A stretch of DNA of 60,165 bases, from positions 1 through 60,165 of the IMG/VR virus record IMGVR_UViG_3300007775_000011; one strand, given 5' to 3'. The notes below the pieces were generated by a model. The model was not told where the DNA came from, made no database searches, and saw nothing but the letters and a program-made list of their open reading frames with translations. The DNA is from a virus (Duplodnaviria > Caudoviricetes). Within the stretch, counting starts at the first letter, position 1; each line of letters opens with the position of its first letter. A program made the position numbers and the translations under genes. This document shows, piece after piece, positions 28,259 to 38,786 of the stretch.

Positions 28259-29847
28259 TGCCTTCGGTTATTGATGAACTTGTCACGATATTGGGTATTG
28301 AAGTTGATGGAGGGGTTGGAAAAACTCTCCAAACTTTTAATGCTGGTTTAGATTCTGTAACAAGATTTGCAGGTTGGGCCGGGGCCGCTTTAATAGCCAC
28401 TGCCGGTTCAATTGCTTATTTTACAGAAAGAACAGCTGAAAGTACCGCTGAATTGGACAAGTTTCATCAATTAACTGGTATTAGTACCGATAATGTTCAG
28501 GGGCTAATGCATGCAGTAGAACAAGTTGGGGGAGAAGCAGACAATTTAAAATCAGATTTAATGGGATTGACTAAATCAATGTCAAGTCCTGTTCCCGGAG
28601 AATTCAATCATACTCTCTTTATGATGGGCGTTAATGTCCGAAAGAGTAATGGAGAAATTAAAAAAGCAGATGAGATTTTACTAGATGTAGCTGATAAAAT
28701 GAAAGGTATGTCTAGTATAGAGCAATTACAATGGGGTAGTAAAATTGGTCTGAGTGACGATACCATTTTATTACTCCAGGAAGGTCGGGAAGCAATTGAA
28801 GGATTACAGCAACAAGCTGCTGACATCCCAACTATTGTCAATAAAGAAAACATACGAAACGCAAGAGAATTCATAACTCAAATGAAAATGATCAGGCGGG
28901 TTATTACATATATATCACAAGAAGCGACCAGTGCGGCTGGACCTGCTTTAAAATCTATTGTAAAAGATATGACCCAGTGGCTTAAAATGAACCGGGAATT
29001 TATTCAAATGGGTCTTCGGAATTTCATTGAAGGTATTGTATCTGGATTTAAAAGATTTGGATATTGGATAAAATCCATAAAAGAAGCTTTTGATAATTTC
29101 CTACCTGGAGTTGGTAAATTTATTGAAGGATTTACTGATATGCAGGTTATTAGTTCGGTTGTATTTGCTATTCTTTCTAGTTTAGCAATTGTAATTGGAA
29201 TTGCCGCCGCTAAATTTATAATAATTGGAGCGGCTATAACGGCAGTTGCTTTGGCTTTTGAAGATTTTATTGTTTATTTACAAGGCGGTGAATCTGTTTT
29301 TGGAAGTCTAATTGAATGGACTGAAAAGTTATATGAAAAGTTTTCTAATCGTTTTCCGGCTTTATCTGGTTTTTTAGGGGATTTAGCAGAAGTATTAAAA
29401 GGATCGGTTTTAATAGCTGTTGATGCTGTAAAAAATTCTTTTGATTTATTATGGGAAGGATTAAAAATGATTGGCGGGGGATTAGTTTGGCTTTTAGATA
29501 AAATTAACTCTGGCCTTGGAAAAATGGGATATGGAACCAAGTCTATATCAGATCAGATTCAAGATAATATGAAAAATATGAGGGAATCTTCTGATTCATT
29601 TTTAAAAGGTTTCGTAAAAGATGCCCAAAATTTTAATCTAAATGCATCAGCTCAAATAAATGCTCCGAAAGTTAAAGCTGGTATAAATAGAGGTTCTCAG
29701 AAAACAATACACCAGAAAACAGAAGTAAAAAATGATTTTCATATAACTGGTTCTAATGCGCAAGAAATAGCGGATGCAGCATCTGAAAAAATGGAAATGA
29801 CTATGCATAAAATTTTTCCGGGCGGTTTAGCCCCTGTGGTGGATTAA
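28258..29847 (+). CDS. tape measure protein
   Basis: VIDELVTILG N-terminus, helical repeats, TM segment, EDFIVYLQGGES motif. Confidence 0.88.
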   Translation: MPSVIDELVTILGIEVDGGVGKTLQTFNAGLDSVTRFAGWAGAALIATAGSIAYFTERTAESTAELDKFHQLTGISTDNVQGLMHAVEQVGGEADNLKSDLMGLTKSMSSPVPGEFNHTLFMMGVNVRKSNGEIKKADEILLDVADKMKGMSSIEQLQWGSKIGLSDDTILLLQEGREAIEGLQQQAADIPTIVNKENIRNAREFITQMKMIRRVITYISQEATSAAGPALKSIVKDMTQWLKMNREFIQMGLRNFIEGIVSGFKRFGYWIKSIKEAFDNFLPGVGKFIEGFTDMQVISSVVFAILSSLAIVIGIAAAKFIIIGAAITAVALAFEDFIVYLQGGESVFGSLIEWTEKLYEKFSNRFPALSGFLGDLAEVLKGSVLIAVDAVKNSFDLLWEGLKMIGGGLVWLLDKINSGLGKMGYGTKSISDQIQDNMKNMRESSDSFLKGFVKDAQNFNLNASAQINAPKVKAGINRGSQKTIHQKTEVKNDFHITGSNAQEIADAASEKMEMTMHKIFPGGLAPVVD

Positions 29848-29848
29848 T

Positions 29849-30529
29849 ATGGCTATTTCAGACAGATTAAGAGTTGTTGCTAATTCTTTGGTTGGTGGTA
29901 ATATTGTTACTATTTTGGCACGCTCCGCAATCAGATTGAATGCATTACGACAAGCAGCTATTTTTGAGGCTAAAAGAAATCAAGTTTATTCCCAAACAGT
30001 TCCTTATCAACCACCGGCCCCTCTTATAGCTGGGGTACCTGTTTCTGCCCGATTACAAGAAACCTATTCATATACATCTAGTCCTACGCAACATGCCGTT
30101 GAGAGCGGGGCTATTTTAACGGATCATGTAATTGTTCAGCCCATCAAAATTAATTTATCTTTTGAGGTTTCCAACTTCCAAGATGGCGTTGCTGAGTATG
30201 CTCTTATACTGCTTGAAGATATGTGGAAAAATCGAAGACCTTTGGAGTTAATTACAGAACATAAAAAAATTCAAGATATGGTTTTAATTAATCTTCAAGC
30301 AGACAATTCTGCTCCGGTTTGGGGTAAATTAGTTTTCCGGGCAACATTCCAACAAATTAAATTAGTAAGTTTGGAAACAATAGATTATCCAGAGGAAAAA
30401 CTGAGACCAGCAGATACTACAGGTGGTCCAGATACTTTTTTGAGTTCGGAATCAGCTACTAATCAAGGATTACAGCAACCAAAAGATGTATCTGGTGCTG
30501 CTAGATTATGGGAGTTATTTACAGGATGA
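29849..30529 (+). CDS. baseplate/tube initiator (Dit-like)
   Basis: TQHAVESGAILTDHVIVQP. Confidence 0.8.
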   Translation: MAISDRLRVVANSLVGGNIVTILARSAIRLNALRQAAIFEAKRNQVYSQTVPYQPPAPLIAGVPVSARLQETYSYTSSPTQHAVESGAILTDHVIVQPIKINLSFEVSNFQDGVAEYALILLEDMWKNRRPLELITEHKKIQDMVLINLQADNSAPVWGKLVFRATFQQIKLVSLETIDYPEEKLRPADTTGGPDTFLSSESATNQGLQQPKDVSGAARLWELFTG

Positions 30530-30855
30530 AAATAATTGAATTAGAGCCCAGAGGACAAGGAACAACTTCTGTTGATTTAGAGGATGCCATTGTCACTTTT
30601 GTCACTAGATATAATTATTCAGCTAATTGCTGGACTTTAGATTTAATTGATGCTGAAGATAACCCTATATTAATGGGGTTAATGCTTATTCCCAATATTG
30701 ATGTTTTAATTCCATATGCAGAACAAAAAGAATTATATGGATCATTAGTATTGGTGGAAAAAGAAACTGATGATTATCAAGATCCAGATAGATTAGGGGT
30801 AGATACTAAATTAATTTGGTATGCTCCCGGTGAGGAAATAAATATTTTAACATGA
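30526..30855 (+). CDS. baseplate plug protein
   Basis: RYN....WTLDL.D, LGVDTKL.W; synteny. Confidence 0.7.
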   Translation: MKIIELEPRGQGTTSVDLEDAIVTFVTRYNYSANCWTLDLIDAEDNPILMGLMLIPNIDVLIPYAEQKELYGSLVLVEKETDDYQDPDRLGVDTKLIWYAPGEEINILT

Positions 30856-31745
30856 GTGATCAACCGTTTTTAAGACAAGTTGAACTATTGATCGGCCCTT
30901 TATCGGAATGGAGGGGGGGTGGAAACCAAGATCAGGCATTGCGTATTTATAGTGATGGAACTCAAGATCATTTACGGGTTAAGTTTTCGATTCATAAACA
31001 TCTTATTTCAACGGCAACTCCAACAGTTATTTCTGTTTATAATCTTTCAGCGGGGTTAAGAGCTGCTTTGAGAAAATCAGAAGCACAGATTGTTTTAAAT
31101 ATCGGTTGGGAGAATAGAGGATTGACACAAGTTTTTGTAGGTTCTTTATTAGCGGCAGTACATGAAAGACAGGGCGGGGATATTGTAACTAATTTAATAA
31201 GTTTAGCTGGTTTTGGTGGGATATCAAGATCAGTTTATAGTATCACTTATAATAATCAAACTCAGATCAGTACTATCGTAAAAGATTTTGCATCTCAAAT
31301 TCCGGGAATTAAAATTGATCCAAAATTAATCAATATCAAAGGAACTACTGTCCGGGCCCAGGGATGGTCTTTTGCAGGACATACAAGTGAGGGTTTAGAT
31401 AGATTGGCTCGAATGTTCGGATTTAGCTGGTGGATAAATAACGGCTATTTTAACGCTCTAAGCGATAATAAAGCACTTCAGGGGGGTAGGGTATTAATTA
31501 GTAGTAAAAACGGTTCTCTATTAAAGGCAGAGCCTATGTTAGCCTCACCTATGCAGAAACAAGCAGGGACAACTATCCAATCAATTCTTAATCCTGATAT
31601 TGAGCCGGGGAAATTAATTCAATTAGAAAGTGAAGTTAATCCAAAGTTAAATGGAGAATATAAAGTTCATACTTTAAGTCATTCAGGTGATACTTTCGGA
31701 AATGATTGGCGGTCAAGTATTGAAAGTTGGATTCAGGTAATTTAA
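30852..31745 (+). CDS. baseplate hub protein
   Basis: ISVYNLS, LNPDIEPG, HSGDTFGNDW. Confidence 0.8.
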   Translation: MSDQPFLRQVELLIGPLSEWRGGGNQDQALRIYSDGTQDHLRVKFSIHKHLISTATPTVISVYNLSAGLRAALRKSEAQIVLNIGWENRGLTQVFVGSLLAAVHERQGGDIVTNLISLAGFGGISRSVYSITYNNQTQISTIVKDFASQIPGIKIDPKLINIKGTTVRAQGWSFAGHTSEGLDRLARMFGFSWWINNGYFNALSDNKALQGGRVLISSKNGSLLKAEPMLASPMQKQAGTTIQSILNPDIEPGKLIQLESEVNPKLNGEYKVHTLSHSGDTFGNDWRSSIESWIQVI

Positions 31746-32602
31746 TGGATAATCGAATACAAAAAGATAAAGATTCTGCATTAAAAGAAACAATTGATCG
31801 TGCTATGTCTCGATTAAACACTTGTATTCCTGGTATTATAGAATCATTTGATACTTCTAATCAAACAGCTGAAGTATCACCGGCTATAAGAATGAGAGTG
31901 AGTATTGAAGGAGAAGATACCCAATTTATTGATCTTCCAAAAATTATTCAGGTGCCTTTAGTTTTTCCTTATGCGGCTACTGCTGGTTTTGCTCTTACTC
32001 TTCCGGTAAAAAAAGGTGATTCTTGTCTTTTAGTTTTTTCACAAAGGGCTATTGATAATTGGCATGATAAAGGAGGGATACAAACCCCGGAAGTTGAGGG
32101 GGTTTCTGGCAGGCACCATGATTTAACAGATGCCTTTGCTATAATGGCCCCTGCTGCTATTCCTGATGTTTTGGGAAGTTGGCAATCAGATGCTATTGAA
32201 TTGAGGAATAAAGCAAGAACATCCCGACTTACTGTAACAGATAGTAAAGTAGAAACTAAAGTGGCATCAACTTCTTTTGTTGTTAATTCAGACGGAACCA
32301 TAATTGGGACTTGTGATTCTATGACAGTCACGGCAAGTACTAAAGTGACTATGACAACCCCTCTTGTTGAATGTTCTGCGAATGTAACAATTGGTGGTAA
32401 TTTAACAGTAACTGGATTGACTATAACCGGGGGTTTATCTTCTCTTGGGACATATGGAGCTGGAATTGCTACTTTCTCCGGTGGTCTTACAAATACCGGG
32501 GGAGATATTTCTAGTGATGGTATATCTCTTGAAAGTCATACCCATCCACAAGGAAGTGATTCAAATGGAGATTCACAACAAGATACAGGAGGGCCGCAAT
32601 AA
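31745..32602 (+). CDS. baseplate spike (Gp138-like)
   Basis: TCIPGII, PVKKGD.CLLVFSQRAIDNW, RHHDLTDA, terminal HxH metal-binding motif. Confidence 0.88.
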   Translation: MDNRIQKDKDSALKETIDRAMSRLNTCIPGIIESFDTSNQTAEVSPAIRMRVSIEGEDTQFIDLPKIIQVPLVFPYAATAGFALTLPVKKGDSCLLVFSQRAIDNWHDKGGIQTPEVEGVSGRHHDLTDAFAIMAPAAIPDVLGSWQSDAIELRNKARTSRLTVTDSKVETKVASTSFVVNSDGTIIGTCDSMTVTASTKVTMTTPLVECSANVTIGGNLTVTGLTITGGLSSLGTYGAGIATFSGGLTNTGGDISSDGISLESHTHPQGSDSNGDSQQDTGGPQ

Positions 32603-32982
32603 TGGCTTTTACATGGGGCATTGATTTATCTCATTTTGATCTTGTAATTGGGACAGATGGAAAATTATTAACTGTTTACGGGGCTGAAGAAGTTCGGCAG
32701 CGTATTTTAGTGACTCTTCAACACCATTGGCAAGAATATTTTAGAAATGTTCCTGCTGGAATTCCTTGGTATGATTACATTTTAGGAAGTAAAAATAAAC
32801 AAATTGTGGAAGCTTTATTACGCAGGGCCATATTAGATGTTCCTGACGTATTTAGTATTTTATCTTTAAAATTATATCCCCCAACTTCAACTAATAGAAA
32901 TTATGAATTAGATACATTAGTTGAAGTATTAGGGGATGATTCACCAGAAATGATCCAATTAACTGAATCTCTTATAATATAA
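32602..32982 (+). CDS. baseplate wedge/sheath initiator
   Basis: EEVRQRI..L..W.EYF....GIPW. Confidence 0.75.
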   Translation: MAFTWGIDLSHFDLVIGTDGKLLTVYGAEEVRQRILVTLQHHWQEYFRNVPAGIPWYDYILGSKNKQIVEALLRRAILDVPDVFSILSLKLYPPTSTNRNYELDTLVEVLGDDSPEMIQLTESLII

Positions 32983-32996
32983 GGGGGGAGATTATT

Positions 32997-34217
32997 ATGT
33001 CCTATGGAGTAACAGATGAAGGGTTTGTTTTAAAAAGGCTTGATGATATTTTATCTGATTTAATCAGTGAATTATCCACAATAACAGATCCCCAATCAGG
33101 TGAAAGTTTAACCCCTGATTTAACTGATGAAAATGATCCTCTAGTACAAATTATTAATGCTTTTGGTGATGGATTATCAGATGCTTGGGAAGTTTTACAA
33201 CTTTCCTATAATCAATATGATCCTTTAAAAGCAACCGGGGCCGGTTTATCAGGGCTGGTTCAATTGAATGCTTTAACTAGAAAAGCTGGTACAGAAACAA
33301 CGGTTACTTTAACAATGTCTGGTGATGCTGGTTTAAATATAACAGCAGGTAAAAAAGTTTCAACATTAGATGATTCTGTTGTTTTTACTCTCCCGGCATG
33401 GACGTTTGATGGGGGCGGTTCTGCTTCTGTAATTGGTACTGCTACAGAAAAGGGAGTTTTGGAAGCGGCGGCAGGGGAAGTTGTAAAAATAGTAACACCA
33501 ATATCTGGTTGGGATTCAGTAACAAACGCATCAGATGCTATTCCCGGTACTGCTGAAGAAACAGATACTGAATTAAGAGCAAGACAACAAAATAGTACTT
33601 CAGCAACTGGATCTTCTTTTGTAGATGCTCTTTATGGGGCTTTATCCGCATTAGATGGGGTTGAATATACTAAAGTTTATCAGAATTTAACTTTAGTGAC
33701 TGATGCTCGAAGTATTCCCGGTAAAACTGTTGCGGTTGTTATACAGGGCGGTGATGATGATGAAATTTCAGAAACTATATTTCAAAGACTTCCTGCTGGT
33801 GCCGGAACATTTGGGACAACCGCAACAGAACAAACTGATACCCAAGGAATAGTATATCCCATTTTATTTTCTAGACCAGCTGGAATTGATATATATGTTG
33901 AAATTGAAATTGAAGTAATTGACACTGATTTATGGCCAACAGATGGACAAGATATCATGAAAGCTGATATTCTTACCTATGTAACATCAGGTGCCTCAGC
34001 TATTGGAATAACATCTGGATATGATCGTGATGGATATATTCCTGGAGAAGATGTTTATGCTTCTGAATTATATACCCCAATTAATAAACAAAAAGGAATT
34101 AGAATCAATAGTGTTTTAGTAGGGACAAGTGATCCCGGTTCTGCATCTTCTGTTTCGATTGCTTGGAATGAAATAGCATCTTTTGATACCGCCAATATAA
34201 ATATTACGGAAATATAA
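32997..34217 (+). CDS. baseplate J-like wedge protein
   Basis: GVTDEGF, G..EETDTELRAR, FSRP. Confidence 0.9.
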   Translation: MSYGVTDEGFVLKRLDDILSDLISELSTITDPQSGESLTPDLTDENDPLVQIINAFGDGLSDAWEVLQLSYNQYDPLKATGAGLSGLVQLNALTRKAGTETTVTLTMSGDAGLNITAGKKVSTLDDSVVFTLPAWTFDGGGSASVIGTATEKGVLEAAAGEVVKIVTPISGWDSVTNASDAIPGTAEETDTELRARQQNSTSATGSSFVDALYGALSALDGVEYTKVYQNLTLVTDARSIPGKTVAVVIQGGDDDEISETIFQRLPAGAGTFGTTATEQTDTQGIVYPILFSRPAGIDIYVEIEIEVIDTDLWPTDGQDIMKADILTYVTSGASAIGITSGYDRDGYIPGEDVYASELYTPINKQKGIRINSVLVGTSDPGSASSVSIAWNEIASFDTANINITEI

Positions 34218-34219
34218 AT

Positions 34220-34924
34220 ATGGCTTTTACATCTATTACCCCGGAACAAAAAGACAGTTTGACAAGAGCTATTGCAAGAACATTATTGCAATTTAGGAAT
34301 AGTCCTGTATTTCAGTATATTCTTGAAGCTTTTATTACTGAAATACAAGCTTTTCAAGATGCTGCTTTTGATCTTATACAGAATAGAGGGCCGGCAGATG
34401 CAACTGGAGTTAATTTGGAAGCTATTGGAAGAATAGTTGGACAAGACAGAACTATATTTGATTATTCTGAATTAGCTTGGTTTGCTGCTGATACTATCGG
34501 ACAGGGAGCTGACCAAGCTCCGGTTTGGGTTACCAATGCCCCTTTAACTGAATCTATTGAAGCTGATGATACTTGGTATAGACAATTAATTGAAGGTAGG
34601 GTACATAGAAATTTTACCCAATATGGATCAATCCCGGAAATACAAGAAGTAGCCAGAATCACTTTTGGAATTGAATTAAGTATATATAGAACAGGGCCGA
34701 TGGTAGTTCAATTGGCAGTACCAAGTTCAATTCCTACTTGGATTTTAAATTATTTAACTAAAACATTTCAAAATAATTATGTAGAAAATCAATATTATTT
34801 ACCATATCCAGCGACAATGTCTATTGATTCTGTATTAATAATGCCGGAAACTTCATTCACACCTGATGTGGCGGGAGCCGGTGCAGATGTTGGGGTAGCA
34901 GCTGTAGCTATCCCTATTTCATAA
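34220..34924 (+). CDS. baseplate wedge protein (DUF2612-like)
   Basis: ATGVNLEAIGRIVG, DDTWYR. Confidence 0.8.
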   Translation: MAFTSITPEQKDSLTRAIARTLLQFRNSPVFQYILEAFITEIQAFQDAAFDLIQNRGPADATGVNLEAIGRIVGQDRTIFDYSELAWFAADTIGQGADQAPVWVTNAPLTESIEADDTWYRQLIEGRVHRNFTQYGSIPEIQEVARITFGIELSIYRTGPMVVQLAVPSSIPTWILNYLTKTFQNNYVENQYYLPYPATMSIDSVLIMPETSFTPDVAGAGADVGVAAVAIPIS

Positions 34925-34943
34925 TTTAAGGAGGGTTTAAAAA

Positions 34944-36575
34944 ATGGCGCAAAGAGATCAAAATATACCTGCAGTTTGGGCTGATGGAGCTGCTGATGTT
35001 CCGGCCTCCCCTGTTGCTTCAACAACATATAGAAAATCTTCAATTTCAGCGGGGGATATAACATCAGCCTGGCCATATTCTCAAGTTGTGGATAGTGCTA
35101 TTCACAATGAGGTTTTAGGAAGATTGACATATTTAATGAAGGAGTTGGAAGAAAGATCAGTTTTGATTTGGTCTCCTAATACAGAATATAAAACTGGGAC
35201 TTATTGTCTTGGACCTACAAATTTTTTACGATATATGGCAACCCAAGATTCTACCAATGAAAATCCCGAAGACGAAACCGGTGAATGGATTTTGGTAGAT
35301 TTGAGACAAACTATTGAAACAACAGCATCAGCTACTTCTACTGCTTTGGGATTATCTCTTTTTCATGAAATTAGTGGAACTGCTACAATAACCGGATTTA
35401 CTGGAATTGCTGGAGTAGTTTATCACTGTAGAGCAATTGGGGCTTTTACTCTTACTCACCACGCTACTGATTTAATAATAACCCAAGGCGGTGCTAATAT
35501 TACTGTAGCAGCAGGAGATACATTTGATGTTCAAATGCTTACGACTACCACGGCGCGGATTGTTAACTATATAAATGTAACCGGATACTCAAATACTCAG
35601 AACAACACTAATGTTGGCGCAGGATATAACGTATTCAACTCTTTCACTACCGGAACAGATAATACGGTAGTTGGATATGCTGCATTTTCAAACACAGGGA
35701 CAACTCAGTATTATGCTACCGCTATTGGAAAATACTCATTAAGGAATGTTAATAACGCTAATTATCCTACAGCAGTTGGATATCAATCTGCTGAGGCTCT
35801 CACTACTGGATCACACACAACTGCAATAGGGTATAATTCATTAAGAAGTGTCACCACGGCAGACTATAACACAGCGGTAGGTGGGGCTGCGGCAGAACTT
35901 ACTACTGGCAGCAGAAATACAGCTATTGGAGCTAATGCTCTGGGAGTAAACACAACTGGCGGGTATAATACTGCTGTTGGCGCATTGGCTCTTGATAGCG
36001 CAGACGCAACAGGGAATACAGCCGTTGGAGCTGGAGCTGGTGGAGCTGTAACCTCCGGAGGGAATAATACAATAATTGGTCAAGCTGGGTTGTCTCTTAC
36101 TACAGGGAGTAATAATACCATTATTGGTAATTCGGCTGGGTCTAGCTCTTCTCCATCCGGACAACTAACCACCGAAAGCAACAGAATCTGTCTTGGTGAT
36201 ACTAGTGTAACAAATGCTTATATAAAAGTTGCTTGGACAGTCACCTCAGATGCAAGAGATAAGGCAGATGTGACAGACTTCAACCACGGGCTTGACTATA
36301 TCTCTCAATTGCGACCTGTGAATTTTGTATGGGATGATCGAAGTAGTTATGAAAATGGGGTATCTGATGGTTCAAAGAAAAAGGATAAAATACAACTTGG
36401 TTTTTTAGCTCAAGAGGTTAGCGATGTTGAAAAGAGTTTATGTATTGATAATGATTGCATAGTTGATACAAGCAATACGGAACTATTCGGGATGCAGGAA
36501 ACTAAATTAATACCCGTCCTGGTAAACGCTATCAAAGAATTACAAGAAAGATTGATAAAATTAGAAAGCAAATGA
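34944..36575 (+). CDS. tail fibre with C-terminal intramolecular chaperone (Peptidase S74)
   Basis: NTAVG/NTAIG beta-helix repeats; SDARDK cleavage motif; GFLAQEV; LVNAIKEL. Confidence 0.9.
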   Translation: MAQRDQNIPAVWADGAADVPASPVASTTYRKSSISAGDITSAWPYSQVVDSAIHNEVLGRLTYLMKELEERSVLIWSPNTEYKTGTYCLGPTNFLRYMATQDSTNENPEDETGEWILVDLRQTIETTASATSTALGLSLFHEISGTATITGFTGIAGVVYHCRAIGAFTLTHHATDLIITQGGANITVAAGDTFDVQMLTTTTARIVNYINVTGYSNTQNNTNVGAGYNVFNSFTTGTDNTVVGYAAFSNTGTTQYYATAIGKYSLRNVNNANYPTAVGYQSAEALTTGSHTTAIGYNSLRSVTTADYNTAVGGAAAELTTGSRNTAIGANALGVNTTGGYNTAVGALALDSADATGNTAVGAGAGGAVTSGGNNTIIGQAGLSLTTGSNNTIIGNSAGSSSSPSGQLTTESNRICLGDTSVTNAYIKVAWTVTSDARDKADVTDFNHGLDYISQLRPVNFVWDDRSSYENGVSDGSKKKDKIQLGFLAQEVSDVEKSLCIDNDCIVDTSNTELFGMQETKLIPVLVNAIKELQERLIKLESK

Positions 36576-36895
36576 AATATACCTTAATCATAATCGCAAT
36601 TATCTGTTGCAGTTGCACAAAGATGGAGATTGCCACAAACTCTTTGCTGGTTGCCGATTGGTCACAGACAAGGCAATTCCCGGATAATAATATTGAAGAG
36701 AAAAACATCATACTTGGTAAATATCCAAGCAAAGAACATATTAATTATTATTTTGCCGGTTGTCTATTGACAAACACAATTTTACACAGAACATTGCCAG
36801 ACAAGTATTTAGATTATTACCAGAAAGGATTAATAATTGTTCAGGTTGGTGCTATATCTAACAATTATAGTCTAGGGGTAAGGGTTAAATTTTAA
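36572..36895 (+). CDS. putative lipoprotein
   Basis: signal peptide with Cys lipobox-like end (IICCSC); DWSQT and E.N.ILG motifs; terminal Phe. Confidence 0.6.
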   Translation: MKYTLIIIAIICCSCTKMEIATNSLLVADWSQTRQFPDNNIEEKNIILGKYPSKEHINYYFAGCLLTNTILHRTLPDKYLDYYQKGLIIVQVGAISNNYSLGVRVKF

Positions 36896-37531
36896 TTATC
36901 TATCTTCAACTTCAATAACACTGGTCTTTCCTTTCTTTTTAATATGAAAGATTCGATCAGCAGATTCAATTAAAGCGGGGTCGTGGCTAATAATAATATG
37001 CTGCAGACCCCGCTTATGGCTTATTTCTCTCATCATAGCTCCAATTTTCGGTCGAGCTTTTTTATCAGGATTTTTAAAGGGCTCATCCATTATTATTACA
37101 TTTCTGGGGGCAGGGTTCTGTATATCTCTTAGAGATATTTTTAAAGCATAGGAAGCGACATCAACTTGTCCATATCCTGCACCACCCATTGGATCAGCCA
37201 ATCTCCCATCTCTTTCAAAATAAAGTGGTATTTCTGTCCTCCCAGCACTGATATTAAACTCCATAGCAAGTTTATAGGCTTCTTCTCCGAAAACTGCGGA
37301 CAGAGCCAAATTGGGCGGCTCTGTGACGTGATATTCTAACTCAGCTTGGGTAGCTTTCGCAACTTCCTGTAGAATAGCTCGTGCTTGTTCTACATATCGT
37401 TGTCTTCGGCGGGTATTAATAAGGGCTTTATTTTTCTTTTCCAGGTCTTCTTTTTTCTGGTCTCTCCGGCCCTTTTTTTGTTCTAATTCAGTTCTAATCT
37501 TCTTCAGATTCATCTTCATTCCCGATTTCAT
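36896..37531 (-). CDS. SbcC/Rad50-like ATPase, C-terminal half
   Basis: coiled coil, signature-like GYGQ, IIMDEPF Walker B, IISH. Confidence 0.8.
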   Translation of the reverse strand: MKSGMKMNLKKIRTELEQKKGRRDQKKEDLEKKNKALINTRRRQRYVEQARAILQEVAKATQAELEYHVTEPPNLALSAVFGEEAYKLAMEFNISAGRTEIPLYFERDGRLADPMGGAGYGQVDVASYALKISLRDIQNPAPRNVIIMDEPFKNPDKKARPKIGAMMREISHKRGLQHIIISHDPALIESADRIFHIKKKGKTSVIEVEDR

Positions 37532-37754
37532 ATTTTATCTTAAAAGCATCCAAGCCCTTTTCCAAACCCTTTTTGATTTGTTTACCCTTTTTTTCCAAAT
37601 CAGATAAAGAAAAATCAATTTTATCCGGGGAAGTTTTAAAATCTTGTTTCATTTGCCGTTCAGTTGCTTTTAATTCCCCATCAATTTCACTTAATCGGGT
37701 TTGTTTTTTCTTTACGGTTTTTTGTAAATTTTTTATTTCTTGGACAGCATCCAT
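37494..37754 (-). CDS. small coiled-coil protein
   Basis: AAGGAG RBS; heptad-rich sequence. Confidence 0.6.
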   Translation of the reverse strand: MDAVQEIKNLQKTVKKKQTRLSEIDGELKATERQMKQDFKTSPDKIDFSLSDLEKKGKQIKKGLEKGLDAFKIKYEIGNEDESEED

Positions 37755-37823
37755 TTTTCTTTTCTCCTTTTTTATTTGTCTCCTTATAGGGTAATATATT
37801 ATCTCCCCAATTCTCCACGTCTT

Positions 37824-38786
37824 TCATCGGTTTTCCTTTTCGGTAAATTCCCAAACTAAATCTTGGACAGGTTGCCTTACTTTATTTTCAGCAAAGAATT
37901 TTTCCAAATTAGTTTCATAATGCAAAGATATGCTTTTAATGGTATTTAAACGAGATATAAAAGCATCCATTCTTTCATCTCGGTCTTTTACAATATCTAT
38001 ATGTTCCCGGCTTATTACATTAGGATCAATAGGAATATTAATTGATTCTAAAGTATTAGTGCCGGCATCCCATAAAAATACTCTTGATTTAAAAGTTTCC
38101 TGTCCAGCAGACATTCTCATTATGCTACCGGGATTGACTAACCGATTGCCCTTATAAGCAGATTCAAAAGATTGGTGATTATGTCCCGATATGATTAAAT
38201 CATAATCAGGGAAATCTCGAAGTAATTTTATGGATGCGCCATTTGGATCAGCTCCGGGGTAGGGTCTTCTGCCCTGATAGACTTCAGTATGGACCATAGC
38301 AACTGCGGGAAGGTGTTTGTTTTTATTTTTAAGAGGTTTTAAAGGATGTCGCCATGGGTAGGTATATAAAACGAAAGAATCCCCCCTACCACCAAAATCA
38401 GAGGGTTCTATTATAGTTTCTTCTTCTTTCAATACTTGGATTTTTCCAGCTTTCCATAAAACATATAATCCAGATTCTTCTATTCGATCTATTTTATGAG
38501 CTGGCAGATCGTGATTACCGGGAATTGTAATAATATCATTGGGCAGGAATTTAAGCATTATTCCCAATAAAAATGGGGAACATTTCCAATTTTCGGTTAA
38601 ATCCCCGGCATGAAGGATGGGACATTTATGTTTTTTTCGGAGCCTTTCAATAAATCTCCACTTAATTATTTGAGTTTGGATATAATCTTCATCCAATCTA
38701 CAAACTGGGGTACTATCATAAGCATGGAGATCAGCCGTTATAATAGCTGATACATTTTTCATCATTCTTCCTCCAATACCCAGCAA
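37824..38786 (-). CDS. SbcD/Mre11-like nuclease
   Basis: ADLH, AGDL, GNHD, GHNH, NPGS metallophosphoesterase motifs. Confidence 0.9.
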   Translation of the reverse strand: MLGIGGRMMKNVSAIITADLHAYDSTPVCRLDEDYIQTQIIKWRFIERLRKKHKCPILHAGDLTENWKCSPFLLGIMLKFLPNDIITIPGNHDLPAHKIDRIEESGLYVLWKAGKIQVLKEEETIIEPSDFGGRGDSFVLYTYPWRHPLKPLKNKNKHLPAVAMVHTEVYQGRRPYPGADPNGASIKLLRDFPDYDLIISGHNHQSFESAYKGNRLVNPGSIMRMSAGQETFKSRVFLWDAGTNTLESINIPIDPNVISREHIDIVKDRDERMDAFISRLNTIKSISLHYETNLEKFFAENKVRQPVQDLVWEFTEKENR

